Shown here one piece after another: positions 29,301 through 42,221 of a stretch of DNA of 64,000 nucleotides (within the stretch, counting starts at the first letter, position 1; each line of letters opens with the position of its first letter). The notes under the pieces are model-generated. The model saw only the letters and a program-made list of their open reading frames with translations. It did not search any database and had not been told where the DNA came from. The position numbers and the translations under genes are program-made. Origin of the DNA: Eledone cirrhosa (lineage: Eukaryota); contig OZ024742.1 of NCBI GenBank assembly GCA_964016885.1, positions 44,330,001 through 44,394,000 on the forward strand, read 5' to 3'.

Positions 29301-31707
29301 CAAGACTCTAATAGCAGCAGGGATATGGCCATGTTTGATGTAGAAAGAGGACAAGACTCTGATAGTAGCAGGGATATGGCCGTGTTTGATGTAGAAAGAG
29401 GACAAGACTCTGATAGCAGCAGGGATATGGCCATGTTTGATATGTAGAAAGAGGACAAGACTCTGATACCAGCAGGGATATGGCCATGTTTGATGTAGAA
29501 AGAGGACAAGACTCTGATACCAGCAGGGATATGGCCATGTTTGATGTAGAAAGAGGAGAAGACTCTGATACCAGCAGGGATATGGCCATGTTTGATGTAG
29601 AAAGAGGAGAAGACTCTAATAGCAGCAGGGATATGGCCATGTTTGATGTAGAAAGAGGACAAGACTCTGATAGCAGCAGGGATATGGCCATGTTTGATGT
29701 AGAAAGAGGACAAGACTCTGATATCAGCAGGGATATGGCCATGTTTGATGTAGAAAGAGGACAAGACTCTGATAGTAGCAGGGATATGGCCATGTTTGAT
29801 GTAGAAAGAGGACAAGACTCTGATAGTAGCAGGGATATGGCCATGTTTGATGTAGAAAGAGGACAAGACTCTGATATCAGCAGGGATATGGCCATGTTTG
29901 ATGTAGAAAGAGGACAAGACTCTGATATCAGCAGGGATATGGCCATGTTTGATGTAGAAAGAGGACAAGACTCTGATAGTAGCAGGGATATGGCCATGTT
30001 TGATGTAGAAAGAGGACAAGACTCTGATATCAGCAGGGATATGGCCATGTTTGATGTAGAAAGAGGACAAGACTCTGATAGCAGCAGGGATATGGCCATG
30101 TTTGATGTAGAAAGAGGACAAGACTCTGATAGTAGCAGGGATATGGCCACGTTTGATGTAGAAAGAGGACAAGACTCTAATAGTAGCAGGAATATGGCCA
30201 TGTTTGATATGTAGAAAGAGGACAAGACTCTGATAGCAGCAGGGATATGGCCATGTTTGATGTAGAAAAGAACAAGACTCTGATACCAGCAGGGATATGG
30301 CCATGTTTGATGTAGGAAGAGGACAAGACTCTGATACCAGCAGGGATATGGCCATGTTTGATGTAGAAAGAAGACAAGACTCTGATAGCAGCAGGGATAT
30401 GGCCATGTTTGATATCTAGAAAGAGGACAAGACTCTGATAGCAGCAGGGATATGGCCATGTTTGATGTAGAAAGAGGACAAGACTCTGATAGTAGCAGGA
30501 ATATGGCCATGTTTGATATGTAGAAAGAGGACAAGACTCTGATAGCAGCAGGGATATGGCCATGTTTGATGTAGAAAAGAACAAGACTCTGATACCAGCA
30601 GGGATATGGCCATGTTTGATGTAGGAAGAGGACAAGACTCTGATACCAGCAGGGATATGGCCATGTTTGATGTAGAAAGAAGACAAGACTCTGATAGCAG
30701 CAGGGATATGGCCATGTTTGATATCTAGAAAGAGGACAAGACTCTGATAGAAGCAGGGATATGGCCATGTTTGATGTAGAAAGAGGACAAGACTCTGATA
30801 GTAGCAGGGATATGGCCATGTTTGATGTAGAAAGAAGACAAGACTCTGATAGCAGCAGGGATATGGCCATGTTTGATATCTAGAAAGAGGACAAGACTCT
30901 GATAGCAGCAGGGATATGGCCATGTTTGATGTAGAAAGAAGACAAGACTCTGATAGCAGCAGGGATATGGCCATGTTTGATATCTAGAAAGAGGACAAGA
31001 CTCTGATAGCAGCAGGGATATGGCCATGTTTGATGTAGAAAGAGGACAAGACTCAATAGCAGCAGGGATATGGCCATGTTTGATGTAGAAAAGAACAAGA
31101 CTCTGATACCAGCAGGGATATGGCCATGTTTGATGTAGAAAGAGGACAAGACTCTGATAGCAGCAGGGATATGGCCATGTTTGATATCTAGAAAGAGGAC
31201 AAGACTCTGATAGCAGCAGGGATATGGCCATGTTTGATGTAGAAAGAGGACAAGACTCTGATAGCAGCAGGGATATGGCCATGTTTGATGTAGAAAGAGG
31301 ACAAGACTCTGATAGCAGCAGGGATATGGCCATGTTTGATGTAGAAAGAGGACAAGACTCTGATAGCAGCAGGGATATGGCCATGTTTGATGTAGAAAGA
31401 GGACAAGACTCTGATAGCAGCAGGGATATGGCCATGTTTGATGTAGAAAGAGGACAAGACTCTGATAGCAGCAGGGATATGGCCATGTTTGATGTAGAAA
31501 GAGGACAAGACTCTGATACCAGCAGGGATATGGCCATGTTTGATGTAGAAAGAGCTCAAGACTCTGATAGTAGCAGGGATATGGCCATGTTTGATGTAGA
31601 AAGGGGACAAAACTCTGATAGCAGCAGGGATATGGCCATGTTTGATGTAGAAAGAGGACAAGACTCGGACACCAGCAGGAATATGGCCATGTTTAATATG
31701 TAGAAAA
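17395..31707. repeat. 14.3-kb satellite of ~280 units of 51 bp (GTAGAAAGAGGACAAGACTCTGATAGCAGCAGGGATATGGCCATGTTTGAT), derived from an RTE LINE
   Basis: direct reading; the ATACCAGC variant matches the reverse complement of the LINE segment at ~49349-49403 at 45 of 51 aligned bases. Confidence 0.97.
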
Positions 31708-32120
31708 GAAGTTGGTATGAATTTTATATGATGTACACAAATGTAAAATATCATTATACAAGAGGTGTAGTGGGATACCATACAGGCAAACAGAAAAAGT
31801 AGTCTTTGTATGTGTAGATACATAAGGATAATTGGTATTAAAAAACTTTTTCAATGCAGGGAAGGTTCCATATAGGTGGTTACCTAGATGATCTAATTAG
31901 CAGTAGAGGAGGTTGTTCTGAAAGCATAGTAGCTAGAATAAGAACAGGATGAAAAAAGTTCAGGGAGCTATTGCCACTTTTGACAACAAAGGGATTTTCT
32001 CTCTGAGTGAATGGCAGATTGTGCAAAGTACAATGCTGCATAATAGTGGGACTTCGGCAGTAATTGAACAGGATATGCAAAGACTGGACAGAAATGAATT
32101 GTGCATGCTCTGATGGATGT
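31708..32120 (+). mobile_element. Right remnant of the host RTE LINE
   Basis: reads (WPCLICRK)EVGMNF...KRCSGI...ISSRGGCSESIVARIRTG*KKFRELLPLLTTKGFSL...RLDRNE..ML*WM, colinear with the other RTE copies. Confidence 0.85.
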
Positions 32121-32124
32121 TTAA

Positions 32125-32345
32125 CCTTTTAGCATTTACATTACTCTATATTTACTTTTGTATTTTCACGGTAAACATTATTTCACATAATTATCTCACA
32201 TAATAGCAAATCTATGAGATTTTGATATTTATTTATCTTGAGAACAATACCATAACATCAGTATGAGCAGTTGGTTATAGCTGGTTCAAAAAGGAAAAAG
32301 GTGAGAGAATTCTGGCTGGATACAGCTGGCTTAAATACTGTAAGG
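32125..32345. mobile_element. piggyBac-like MITE with TTAA target duplication, inserted in the RTE remnant
   Basis: ttaa|ccttttagcattta ... taaatactgtaagg|ttaa; homologous to 60352-60572. Confidence 0.7.
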
Positions 32346-32624
32346 TTAAAGCTAGTGCGCATGACCACATCTTATACCCAGTTTTTTCTTTCAGCTCATC
32401 CATGCTTTTTCATTCATTACACTTCCATCAGAATATTCTTAACTTGTTTGTGTCCAGCCTTTGCACTCTCCATGTCTCACTCCCATATAACAATACATTT
32501 CACTTGCAGGCATCTCACAATCTGCCTTTTGTATAATAAAACCAGTGATTATAGTTGTACATTCTAAGATTGATACCATTTGTATTTTAAACTTCGCTGA
32601 ATTGCATTGTTTTTATTTTTGTAG

Positions 32625-32759
32625 GATGTAAGAGTGGAACATATGGAGAAAGCTGCCGTAAGAAGTGTGGTAATTGTGAAAATAATAGTTGCAACCCAAA
32701 ATCTGGTGAATGTGAACAATCTTGTAGAGCTGGTTACACAGGAAAACATTGTGATAAAT
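32625..32759 (+). CDS. Internal exon, EGF-like module (not in the ORF track)
   Basis: ttttgtag/gtaagt; 135 nt, phase 1-1; CKSGTYGESCRKKCGNCENNSCNPKSGECEQSCRAGYTGKHCDK. Confidence 0.9.
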
Positions 32760-33809
32760 GTAAGTTGGACAATGGTTTGTTAAAGTAATAAATGTATGCA
32801 CACACATACACATAAATTCTTTTCTATGTGAGTGTATGGAATTATGGATGACTGCATGTATGTGAATGTCTATATATTTGTGTGTATATATATATATATA
32901 TATACACACGTGTGTGTGTGTGTATATATACATCATCATCATCATCATTTAACGTCCATCTTCCATGCTAACATGGGTTAGATGGGTTTGTCCCATTTAG
33001 AGGCAAGTTGGGTCATGTATGCATGTACGTGTATGCATGTACACATGTAAGCACACACATATGGGTACATATATATATGTGTACATCCCTATACACTAAT
33101 CAGCCACCCCTACCCATCCTCACAAACACCTATAACTTAATAACTATATCTCTTCTGTATTGCTCCGTCCCTAGACTAAGAGGGCTCTAAGTTGGGCCTA
33201 TGACAAACAACCTCTCGAGTGATGGTGCCATGAAAATCCACTTGGTACACTCCATATGGGTGGTTGGCGATAGGGAGGGCACCTCGTTGTAGAAACCATG
33301 CTTAAAAAGGTTGAGAGGACACTTTAGCTGTATCAAAGACACAACAACCGCTCTAGTGTTGGTGATCTACATGATAAACACACTCAGTACACACAGTAAA
33401 GTGGTTGGTGATAGGAAGGGCATCTTGCTGTAGAAAGCATGCCAAACAAGGGGTTGGGAGGATCCTTCATTTTGGGTCAAAAGACAAGACAACTTTTCCT
33501 CTGCACTTGATAATAACCATACATAAGAGGGGTACAAACCTCCTCGGCCTGTCTGGGATGTCAGTGACCCCGCTTGAGTACTGCCTTGGTCAATGTAGAC
33601 CCATGCAACCTTTGCAAGCTGGGAAAGCTTATGTTAAATGATGATGCTATATATGCATGTATATGTGTAAGTATATTATATATACTAGCAGAAAAACCGC
33701 CCTGGGTGGTTTTCTGTTAGCATATGTAGTGTGCATATTGGTTTTATATGCAAATATGGATGCTTATAGATATGATATGTAAATTGAAAAGTAAATTGAA
33801 AATATCTTC

Positions 33810-34430
33810 TTCTTCACCCACTTATTTCTGAGAAGGTCGTGGGGGCAGAGTTCTCCTCAAACACTCCTTCCAGTTAGTCTGTCAGAAGCAAACATCTCTA
33901 ACTGATTGAGCTGGATCCCAAAGCGTGACCAGCCAAGCTCATGGATGTTATCCATCTATCTTGTTCGGGGTCTACCTCTGGGTCTCTTACTGGTTGGTTT
34001 TGCCTGTAATTTCTGTCTAATGATTCTTTCCTGAGACATTCTAACCACATGCCAATTGTATCGGAGCTGTGATCTCTCAATTCGGAGAAGTAGCGGCTCT
34101 ACCAGAAGTGACTCTCTGATCTCTGAGCTATGCCCTTTATCAAGTAACGTTACTCCAAAGACCCTGCTGATGAACCCTATTTCTGCCGTTTGTATTTGTA
34201 ATTGTATTCTTTCGGTCATTACCCAAGGTTCATGACCCTCAGTAAGGGTTGACAAAAATACCAGGAAGACAGCGAGTTTGGCTTTTACACCTACCTCCCT
34301 TACTGAATGCTGAAGCTGGCGCATTACTGCATCAGCTTTTGCAATTCTTGCACTTAATTCAGCCTCCTGCCTTCCATCACTCATAATACTTGAACTTCTC
34401 CAGCTGCTTCAGTGGAACTCCATTTGCATG
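33810..34430 (-). mobile_element. 3' fragment of a second, distinct RTE-like LINE family
   Basis: EPLLLRIERSQLRYNWHVVRMSQERI...RPRGRPRTR resembles an RTE C-terminus; (AAG)n tail near 33810. Confidence 0.75.
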
Positions 34431-34553
34431 TATATAAATTTGAGCGACTTCTGTCCAACCGTCCATCACAAAATGTGTATGTGTGTTTGTGTGAATATAT
34501 GTGTGTGTAAAAGGAAGGAAGGGGATACACACGTCTCTAACTTAACAACGGCA

Positions 34554-34611
<58 letters not shown>

Positions 34612-35003
34612 GGAGTCACATGGCTTAGTGGTTAGAGCATTGGCCTTGCAATCGAAAGGTTGTGAGTTCAATTCTCAGACCAGGTGCTGTGTTGTTTCCT
34701 TGAGCAAGATACTTTATTTCACATTGCTCCAGTTTACTCAGCTGTAGAAATGAGATGATAGGACTGGGGTCCCTATCATTCCACTGCAAAGTGGTTGTGG
34801 AGGTGCCATGGCAAAAAAGCACCCAGCCCAAACTGTAAAGTGGACGTGTAGGCGCCATGGTAAAAAAAGCACCCAGCACTCACTGTAAATGAGGTTGGTG
34901 TTAGGTATGGCATCCAGCTGTAGAAATCAAGCCAGAATCAGTTCCCGTCCCACCCTTGCAAAGAGGGAAAAGCGGACGTAAAAGGAAATGATGAGGATGA
35001 TGA
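34612..35003 (+). mobile_element. tRNA-headed SINE family 1 with an RTE-derived 3' tail
   Basis: A-box TGGCTTAGTGG, B-box GTGAGTTCAATTCTC, central ccttgagcaag(a/g)cacttt motif; tail ggttggtgttagg..ggcatccagctgtagaaa and (GAT)n shared with the RTE 3' UTR. Confidence 0.85.
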
Positions 35004-35129
35004 TATATATATGACACACACACACACACGTCTCTAATTTAAGAATGCCGACAAACTCACGCGCACACATACACACACACTATTCTATTACCACTGAAGA
35101 GCTTTGGCCGGGCAAACATCCCCTCAATT

Positions 35130-35480
35130 TTGAAACCGTCTGGATTGTCCAGAATTTATGGGAAAAGACCTGACGGTCTAACCCTGTGTCAAGAGGCAGA
35201 TGCCTTGTCTGGGACATCACAGTTAGTGACTCTTTTACTTCTTCGCACATCCTGGATGCAGCAGTAAGGGCGAGAGCTACAACATCCACAGCTGAACAGA
35301 ACAAAATCCTAAAATACTGTGTTCTGTTGGCTAACTACATTTTCCAGTCTGTGGCGTTCGAGACGTTTGGAGGAGTTGGGCTATTGACAGTGAGGTTCTT
35401 ATCTTCACTGCCTAACAGAGGTAATTGGTGAAGCTCGTGAAGGAGAGGTTTCCCAGTGCTCACCGCGATATTGTTATCTT
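35130..35480 (+). mobile_element. Remnant of a CRE-like non-LTR retrotransposon restriction-like endonuclease domain
   Basis: GKRPDGLTL / GRCLVWDITVSD...AEQNKILKY...FQSVAFETFGG fits the RLE PD...D...KY...E pattern. Confidence 0.7.
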
Positions 35481-35526
35481 TTGCTCTGGTAGTAGCTCAT
35501 TTGTCCACCCCTTTTGCCTGCCTTTT

Positions 35527-36278
35527 GTTGTATGTGGTCCTAGATGTATGTATTACCTGCTTGTGTGTTGTATGTGGTCCTAGATGTATGTATTACCTGC
35601 TTGTATGTTGTATGTGGTCCTAGATGTATGTATTACCTGCTTGTGTGTTGTATGTGGTCCTAGATGTATGTATTACCTGCTTGTGTGTTGTATGTGGCCT
35701 AGATGTATGTATTACCTACTTGTGTGTTGTATGTGGTCCTAGATGTATGTATTACCTACTTGTGTGTTGTATGTGGTCCTAGATGTATGTATTACCTGCT
35801 TGTGTGTTGTATGTGGCCTAGATCTATGTATTACCTACTTGTGTGTTGTATGTGGTCCTAGATGTGTGTATTACCTGCTTGTGTGTTGTATGTGGTCCTA
35901 GATGTATGTATTACCTGCTTGTGTGTTGTATGTGGCCTAGATCTATGTATTACCTACTTGTGTGTTGTATGTGGTCCTAGATGTATGTATTACCTGCTTG
36001 TGTGTTGTATGTGGCCTAGATGTATGTATTACCTACTTGTATGTTGTATGTGGTCCTAGATGTATGTATTACCTGCTTGTGTGTTGTATGTGGCCTAGAT
36101 CTATGTATTACCTACTTGTGTGTTGTATGTGGTCCTAGATGTGTGTATTACCTGCTTGTGTGTTGTATGTGGTCCTAGATGTATGTATTACCTGCTTGTG
36201 TGTTGTATGTGGCCTAGATCTATGTATTACCTACTTGTGTGTTGTATGTGGTGCTAGATGTGTGTATTACCTGCTTGT
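35527..36278. repeat. 39-40 bp minisatellite (GTGTTGTATGTGGTCCTAGATGTATGTATTACCTGCTTGT), ~19 copies
   Basis: direct reading. Confidence 0.92.
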
Positions 36279-36457
36279 AATGTATGTTTATGCACATACG
36301 CACACATATACACATATGCACACACACATACATGTCAGCACATTGAAAAACATCCTAATCTCTTCATTTCTCTCTCTTTCTATATATATATATATATATA
36401 TTTCGTTTCTGAATTTGTTTAGCAAGATTCTTTATCTGAAATCGTGTGTTGAAACCG

Positions 36458-37033
36458 ATATTGTTATACTTTGGGAGGGTCATGTTGCCAATAAGAAACA
36501 CACGCACCAGTTGCTTTCACTTCAATTTAATTTAATATATATTTATAAATTTACAAATTTATAAATTTCTGGTTGGTTGGTTGGTTCCACAACCAGATAG
36601 TTGTTTATATATATATAGTCATAGTTCTTTCGTCACACACTCTGTGACCTCTTCAGTGACTGGGGATTTCTTTCTTCGTTTCTGTGCCTTTCCTTTCTTC
36701 TATCCTACGCCATTTTTCCGCACACACAGACACCCGGATGTGGCGCATGCGCAAACTGAGCACACAACACACACACAGAAACAAAATGGCGTAGGATAGA
36801 AGAAAGGAAAGGCACAGAAACGAAGAAAGAAATCCCCAGTCACTGAAGAGGTCACAGAGTGTGTGACGAAAGAACTATGACTATATATATATAAACAACT
36901 ATCTGGTTGTGGAACCAACCAACCAACCAGAAATTTATAAATTTGTAAATTTATAAATATATATTAAATTAAATTGAAGTGAAAGCAACTGGTGCGTGTG
37001 TTTCTTATTGGCAACATGACCCTCCCAAAGTAT

Positions 37034-37041
<8 letters not shown>
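36458..37041. repeat. Inverted repeat with 259-bp arms (36458-36716 / 36783-37041) and a 66-bp spacer; Penelope-like inverted pLTR
   Basis: the arms are reverse complements, and the ORF track shows the same peptide start on both strands. Confidence 0.92.
36838..36882 (+). ncRNA. Minimal type-I hammerhead ribozyme motif (mirror copy at 36617-36661 on the - strand)
   Basis: AGTCA-CTGAAGA-g-GTCACA(gagtg)TGTGAC-GAAA-GAAC-TA-TGACT. Confidence 0.65.
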
Positions 37042-37093
<52 letters not shown>

Positions 37094-37151
37094 CGTTGTT
37101 TTGAAAATTAGCTTTATTTACAGACAGCAGAAGTTCTATTTCACTATCTAG

Positions 37152-37193
<42 letters not shown>

Positions 37194-37287
37194 GTCACAT
37201 AGTCACTTTGTATCTCTCTCTTCACACACACACTCTCTCTCTCTCTATCTATCTCTCTCTATCTCTCTCTATATATATATCTCTCTT

Positions 37288-37955
37288 AAGATAGAACATG
37301 CTAAGATAGAACACAGGGGTAGATTAGAGAGCATAGAAATAAAAATAGAATCCACACACAGAAAAGACGCAATGTTTAGGCAAATTACAGAGGCAGTAAG
37401 CATAAAAGAATTAAAACCAAAATTAAGTAGAAAATATGAGTGGAACAGCAACATCACAACTTACAATTAAGGACAAAATGAAAACACACACACACATAGA
37501 ACAAACAACTTACAATTAAGGACAAAATGAAAACACACACAAAATGAAAACACACACACACATAGAACAAACAACCAAACAACAATAAATAAATAAATAA
37601 ATAAACAAATAGATAAATGAACACAAACACACACAGACACCCGGATGTGGCGCATGCGCAAACTGAGCACACAACACACACACAGAAACAAAATGGCGTA
37701 AGATAGAAGAAAGGAAAGGCACAGAAACGAAGAAAGGAATCCCCAGTCACTGAAGAGGTCACAGAGTGTGTGACGAAAGGACTATGACTATATATAAACA
37801 ACTATCTGGTTGTGCAACCAACCAACCAACCAGAAATTTATAAGTTTGTAAATTTGTAAATTTATAAATTTATAAATATATAATAACTTGAAGTGAAAGC
37901 AACTGGTGCGTGTGTTTCTTATTGGCAACATGACCCTCCCAAAGTATAACAATAT
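37288..37955 (+). mobile_element. 3' end of a Penelope-like element: GIY-YIG-type C-terminus plus pLTR
   Basis: 37288-37470 translates EHAKIEHRGRLESIEIKIESTHRKDAMFRQITEAVSIKELKPKLSRKYEW*; followed by a direct copy of 36721-37041 that includes the hammerhead motif. Confidence 0.7.
37745..37789 (+). ncRNA. Minimal type-I hammerhead ribozyme motif
   Basis: AGTCA-CTGAAGA-g-GTCACA(gagtg)TGTGAC-GAAA-GGAC-TA-TGACT. Confidence 0.65.
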
Positions 37956-38006
37956 ATATATATCTATATATATATATCTATATATATATATCTATATATA
38001 TATATA

Positions 38007-38077
<71 letters not shown>

Positions 38078-38196
38078 TGTTATACTTGGGGAGGGTCATA
38101 TTTGCGTAATATTGCCAGAATATGCCCCAAGTATAACAATATCTGTTTCGACACACGATTTCATATAAAAAACCTCGCAAAACTAATTCATTGCCG

Positions 38197-38197
<1 letters not shown>

Positions 38198-38250
<53 letters not shown>

Positions 38251-38289
38251 ATATCTATATATATATCTATATATATATCTATATATATA

Positions 38290-38324
<35 letters not shown>

Positions 38325-39151
38325 ATATCTATATATATATCTATATATATATCTATATATATATCTATATATATATCTATATATATATATATATATATAT
38401 CTATATCTATATATATATCTATATATATATCTATATATATATCTATATATATCTATATATATATCTATATATATATCTATATATATATCTATATCTATAT
38501 ATATATATATATATATATATCTATATATATCTATATCTATATATATATATATATCTATATATATATATATCTATATATATATATATATCTATATATATAT
38601 ATATATATATATATCTATATATATATATATATATATATATCTATATCTATATATATATATCTATATATATATATATCTATATATATATATCTATATATAT
38701 ATATATCTATATATATATATCTATATATATATATATATATATATATATCTATATATATATATCTATATATCTATATATCTATATATATCTATATATCTAT
38801 ATATATCTATATATATATCTATATATATATCTATATATATATATATATCTATATATATATATATATATATCTATATATATATATCTATATCTATATATAT
38901 ATATATATATAGATATATCTATCTATATATATATATCTATATATATATGTATATATAGATATATATATCTATATATATATCTATATCTATCTATATATAT
39001 CTATATATATATCTATATCTATCTATATATATATATATATATATATATAGATATATATATCTATATATATATATATCTATATATATATCTATATATCTAT
39101 ATATATATATATATATATATATATCTATCTATATATATATATATATATCTA

Positions 39152-39190
<39 letters not shown>

Positions 39191-39263
39191 ATATATATAT
39201 ATATCTATATATATATCTATATATATATATATATATATATCTATATATATATATATATATATA

Positions 39264-39358
<95 letters not shown>

Positions 39359-39537
39359 ATATATATATATATCTATATATATATCTCTATATATATATAT
39401 CTATATATATATATATCTATATATATCTATATATATCTATATATATATATATATATCTATATATATCTATATATATCTATATATAGATATATATATATCT
39501 ATATATATCTATATATATATATATCTATATATATATA

Positions 39538-39572
<35 letters not shown>

Positions 39573-39573
39573 A

Positions 39574-39606
<33 letters not shown>

Positions 39607-39717
39607 ATCTATATAGATATATATATATATATATATATATATCTATATAGATATATATATATATATCTATATATATAGATATATATATATCTATATATAT
39701 ATATATATATATATATA

Positions 39718-39750
<33 letters not shown>

Positions 39751-39792
39751 ATATATATATATTATATATCTATATATATATATATATATATA

Positions 39793-39825
<33 letters not shown>

Positions 39826-40000
39826 ATATATCTATATATCTATATATATATCTCTATATATATATATCTATATATATATATATCTATATATATCTATATA
39901 TATCTATATATATATATATATATCTATATATATCTATATATATATATATCTATATATAGATATATATATATCTATATATATATATATCTATATATATATA

Positions 40001-40093
<93 letters not shown>

Positions 40094-40173
40094 ATATAGA
40101 TATATATATATATATCTATATATATATCTATATATAGATATATATATATATATCTATATATATATCTATATAT

Positions 40174-40215
<42 letters not shown>

Positions 40216-40268
40216 ATATAGATATATATATATATATATATATATCTATATATAGATATATATATATA
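38198..40268. repeat. ~2-kb (TA)n tract with mostly TATC interruptions
   Basis: direct reading. Confidence 0.95.
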
Positions 40269-40970
40269 TGCTCCGCTGGATGTGTAACAGTAATATACGT
40301 GAACGGCAAAGCATAAACGAACTAAGGAAAAAATTAGAGATAAGAGGGATCAGATGTTGTTTACTCGAGAGAAGGCTGCGTTGGTATGGACATGCGTTGG
40401 TATGGACACACGATGCGCATGAAAGTCGATAGCTGTATAACAAAGTGCAGGGCAATAAAGATAGACGGTATCCACGGAATAGGCAGACCTAGAAAAACCT
40501 GGGATGAGCTGATAAACTCCGACCTCACACACTTACACCTCTCCAAGACAATGTCACTGGACCGAGACCTTTGGCGGTACTCAGTAACAGAGAAGACCCG
40601 CCTTGCCAGTAGGCATCTCTAACAAAATACACCCCGTCCCGCCACCACCCCCACCCCATCCACACCACCCCGTTCTATGTAAAGTTATGTTGGTGCCGCG
40701 CCATCGAGGCCGAAACAAATGAGATCGTGTAGGTGTCACGACAAAAAAACACACAGTCCACGCTGTAATGTGGCCGTGTAGGCAACACGGTAAAAACCTC
40801 CCAGACCCACACTGTAAATGTGGTTGGTGTTAGGAAGGGCATCCAACTGTAGAAAACCTGCCAGACAGTCCTATGCGAGCAAGACAATCACTCTTGCCTC
40901 AAGTGGGACTACGCCCGTCCAAACCCATGCAAGCGTGGAACACGGACGTTAAACGTTGATGATGATGATG
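40268..40970 (+). mobile_element. 5'-truncated RTE LINE 3' end
   Basis: RWYGHTMRMKVDSCITKCRAIKIDG...GRPRKTWDELINSD plus a 3' UTR and (GAT)n tail closely matching 7237-8060. Confidence 0.9.
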
Positions 40971-41012
40971 ATATATATATCTATATATATATATATATAT
41001 ATATCTATATAT

Positions 41013-41053
<41 letters not shown>

Positions 41054-41090
41054 TATATATATATATCTATATATATAGATATATATATCT

Positions 41091-41650
41091 ATCATCATCA
41101 TCATCATCATCAACGTTTAACGTCCGTGTTCCACGCTTGCATGGGTTTGGACGGGGGTAGTTCCACTTGAGGCAAGAGTGATTGTCTTGCTCGCATAGGA
41201 CTGTCTGGCAGGTTTTCTACAGTTGGATGCCCTTCCTAACACCAACCACATTTACAGTGTGGGTCTGGGAGGTTTTTACCGTGTTGCCTACACGGCCACA
41301 TTACAGCGTGGACTGTGTGTTTTTTTGTCGTGACACCTACACGATCTCATTTGTTTCGGCCTCGATGGCGCGGCACCAACATAACTTTACATAGAACGGG
41401 GTGGTGTGGATGGGGTGGGGGTGGTGGTGGTGGGACGGGGTGTATTTTGTTAGAGATGCCTACTGGCTGGAGTAGGTTTTACTATATATTTAGGTAAGGC
41501 GGGTCTTCTCTGTTACTGAGTACCGCCAAAGGTCTCGGTCCAGTGACATTGTCTTGGAGAGGTGTAAGTGTGTGATGTCGGAGTTTATCAGCTCGTCCCA
41601 GGTTTTTTCTAGGTCTGCCTATTCCGTGACTACCGTCTATCTTTATTGCC
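41091..41650 (-). mobile_element. 5'-truncated RTE LINE 3' end, inverted relative to 40268-40970
   Basis: begins with an (ATC)n tail; near-identical to 7237-7892. Confidence 0.9.
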
Positions 41651-41654
41651 ATAT

Positions 41655-41689
<35 letters not shown>

Positions 41690-41777
41690 TATATATATAT
41701 ATATATATATATATCTATATATATCTATATATATATATAGCTATATATATCTATATATAGATATATAGATATATATA

Positions 41778-41808
<31 letters not shown>

Positions 41809-42221
41809 ATATACATATAGATATATATATATCTATATATATATATATAGATATATATATATCTATATATATATATATAGATATATAGATATATATATAT
41901 ATATATAGATATTTTTAGATATATATATATATATAGATATATATATATATGTATATATATATATGTGTGTGTATGTGTGTGTGCATGCTACTGTACGTCT
42001 GTATACATATATGTATGTACGTATACATACATACTTACATTTAAGTAAGTGCCGTACTAAGAGTGAGAAATGAAATTTCGTTTTCATTTTATTACAACTC
42101 ATCGTTTTCGGTGCGCCTGACCGATTTAACTCACTCGATATGCAAATTAGGCTGCTCAGCCGTTAATTTTCATAAGGAAAGTATATACTTTCGAACGTTC
42201 AACTATCTGGCAGATGGGTAT

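Noticed and set aside
17395-31707. CRISPR-like array or giant repeat-protein gene
   Set aside because: Head-to-tail units with no unique spacers, eukaryotic intronic context and clear LINE origin; the ORFs follow from the 51-bp unit length
34612-34685. tRNA gene (also 47644-47715 and 52525-52599)
   Set aside because: A and B boxes are present but there is no clean cloverleaf, and the sequence continues into a SINE body and tail
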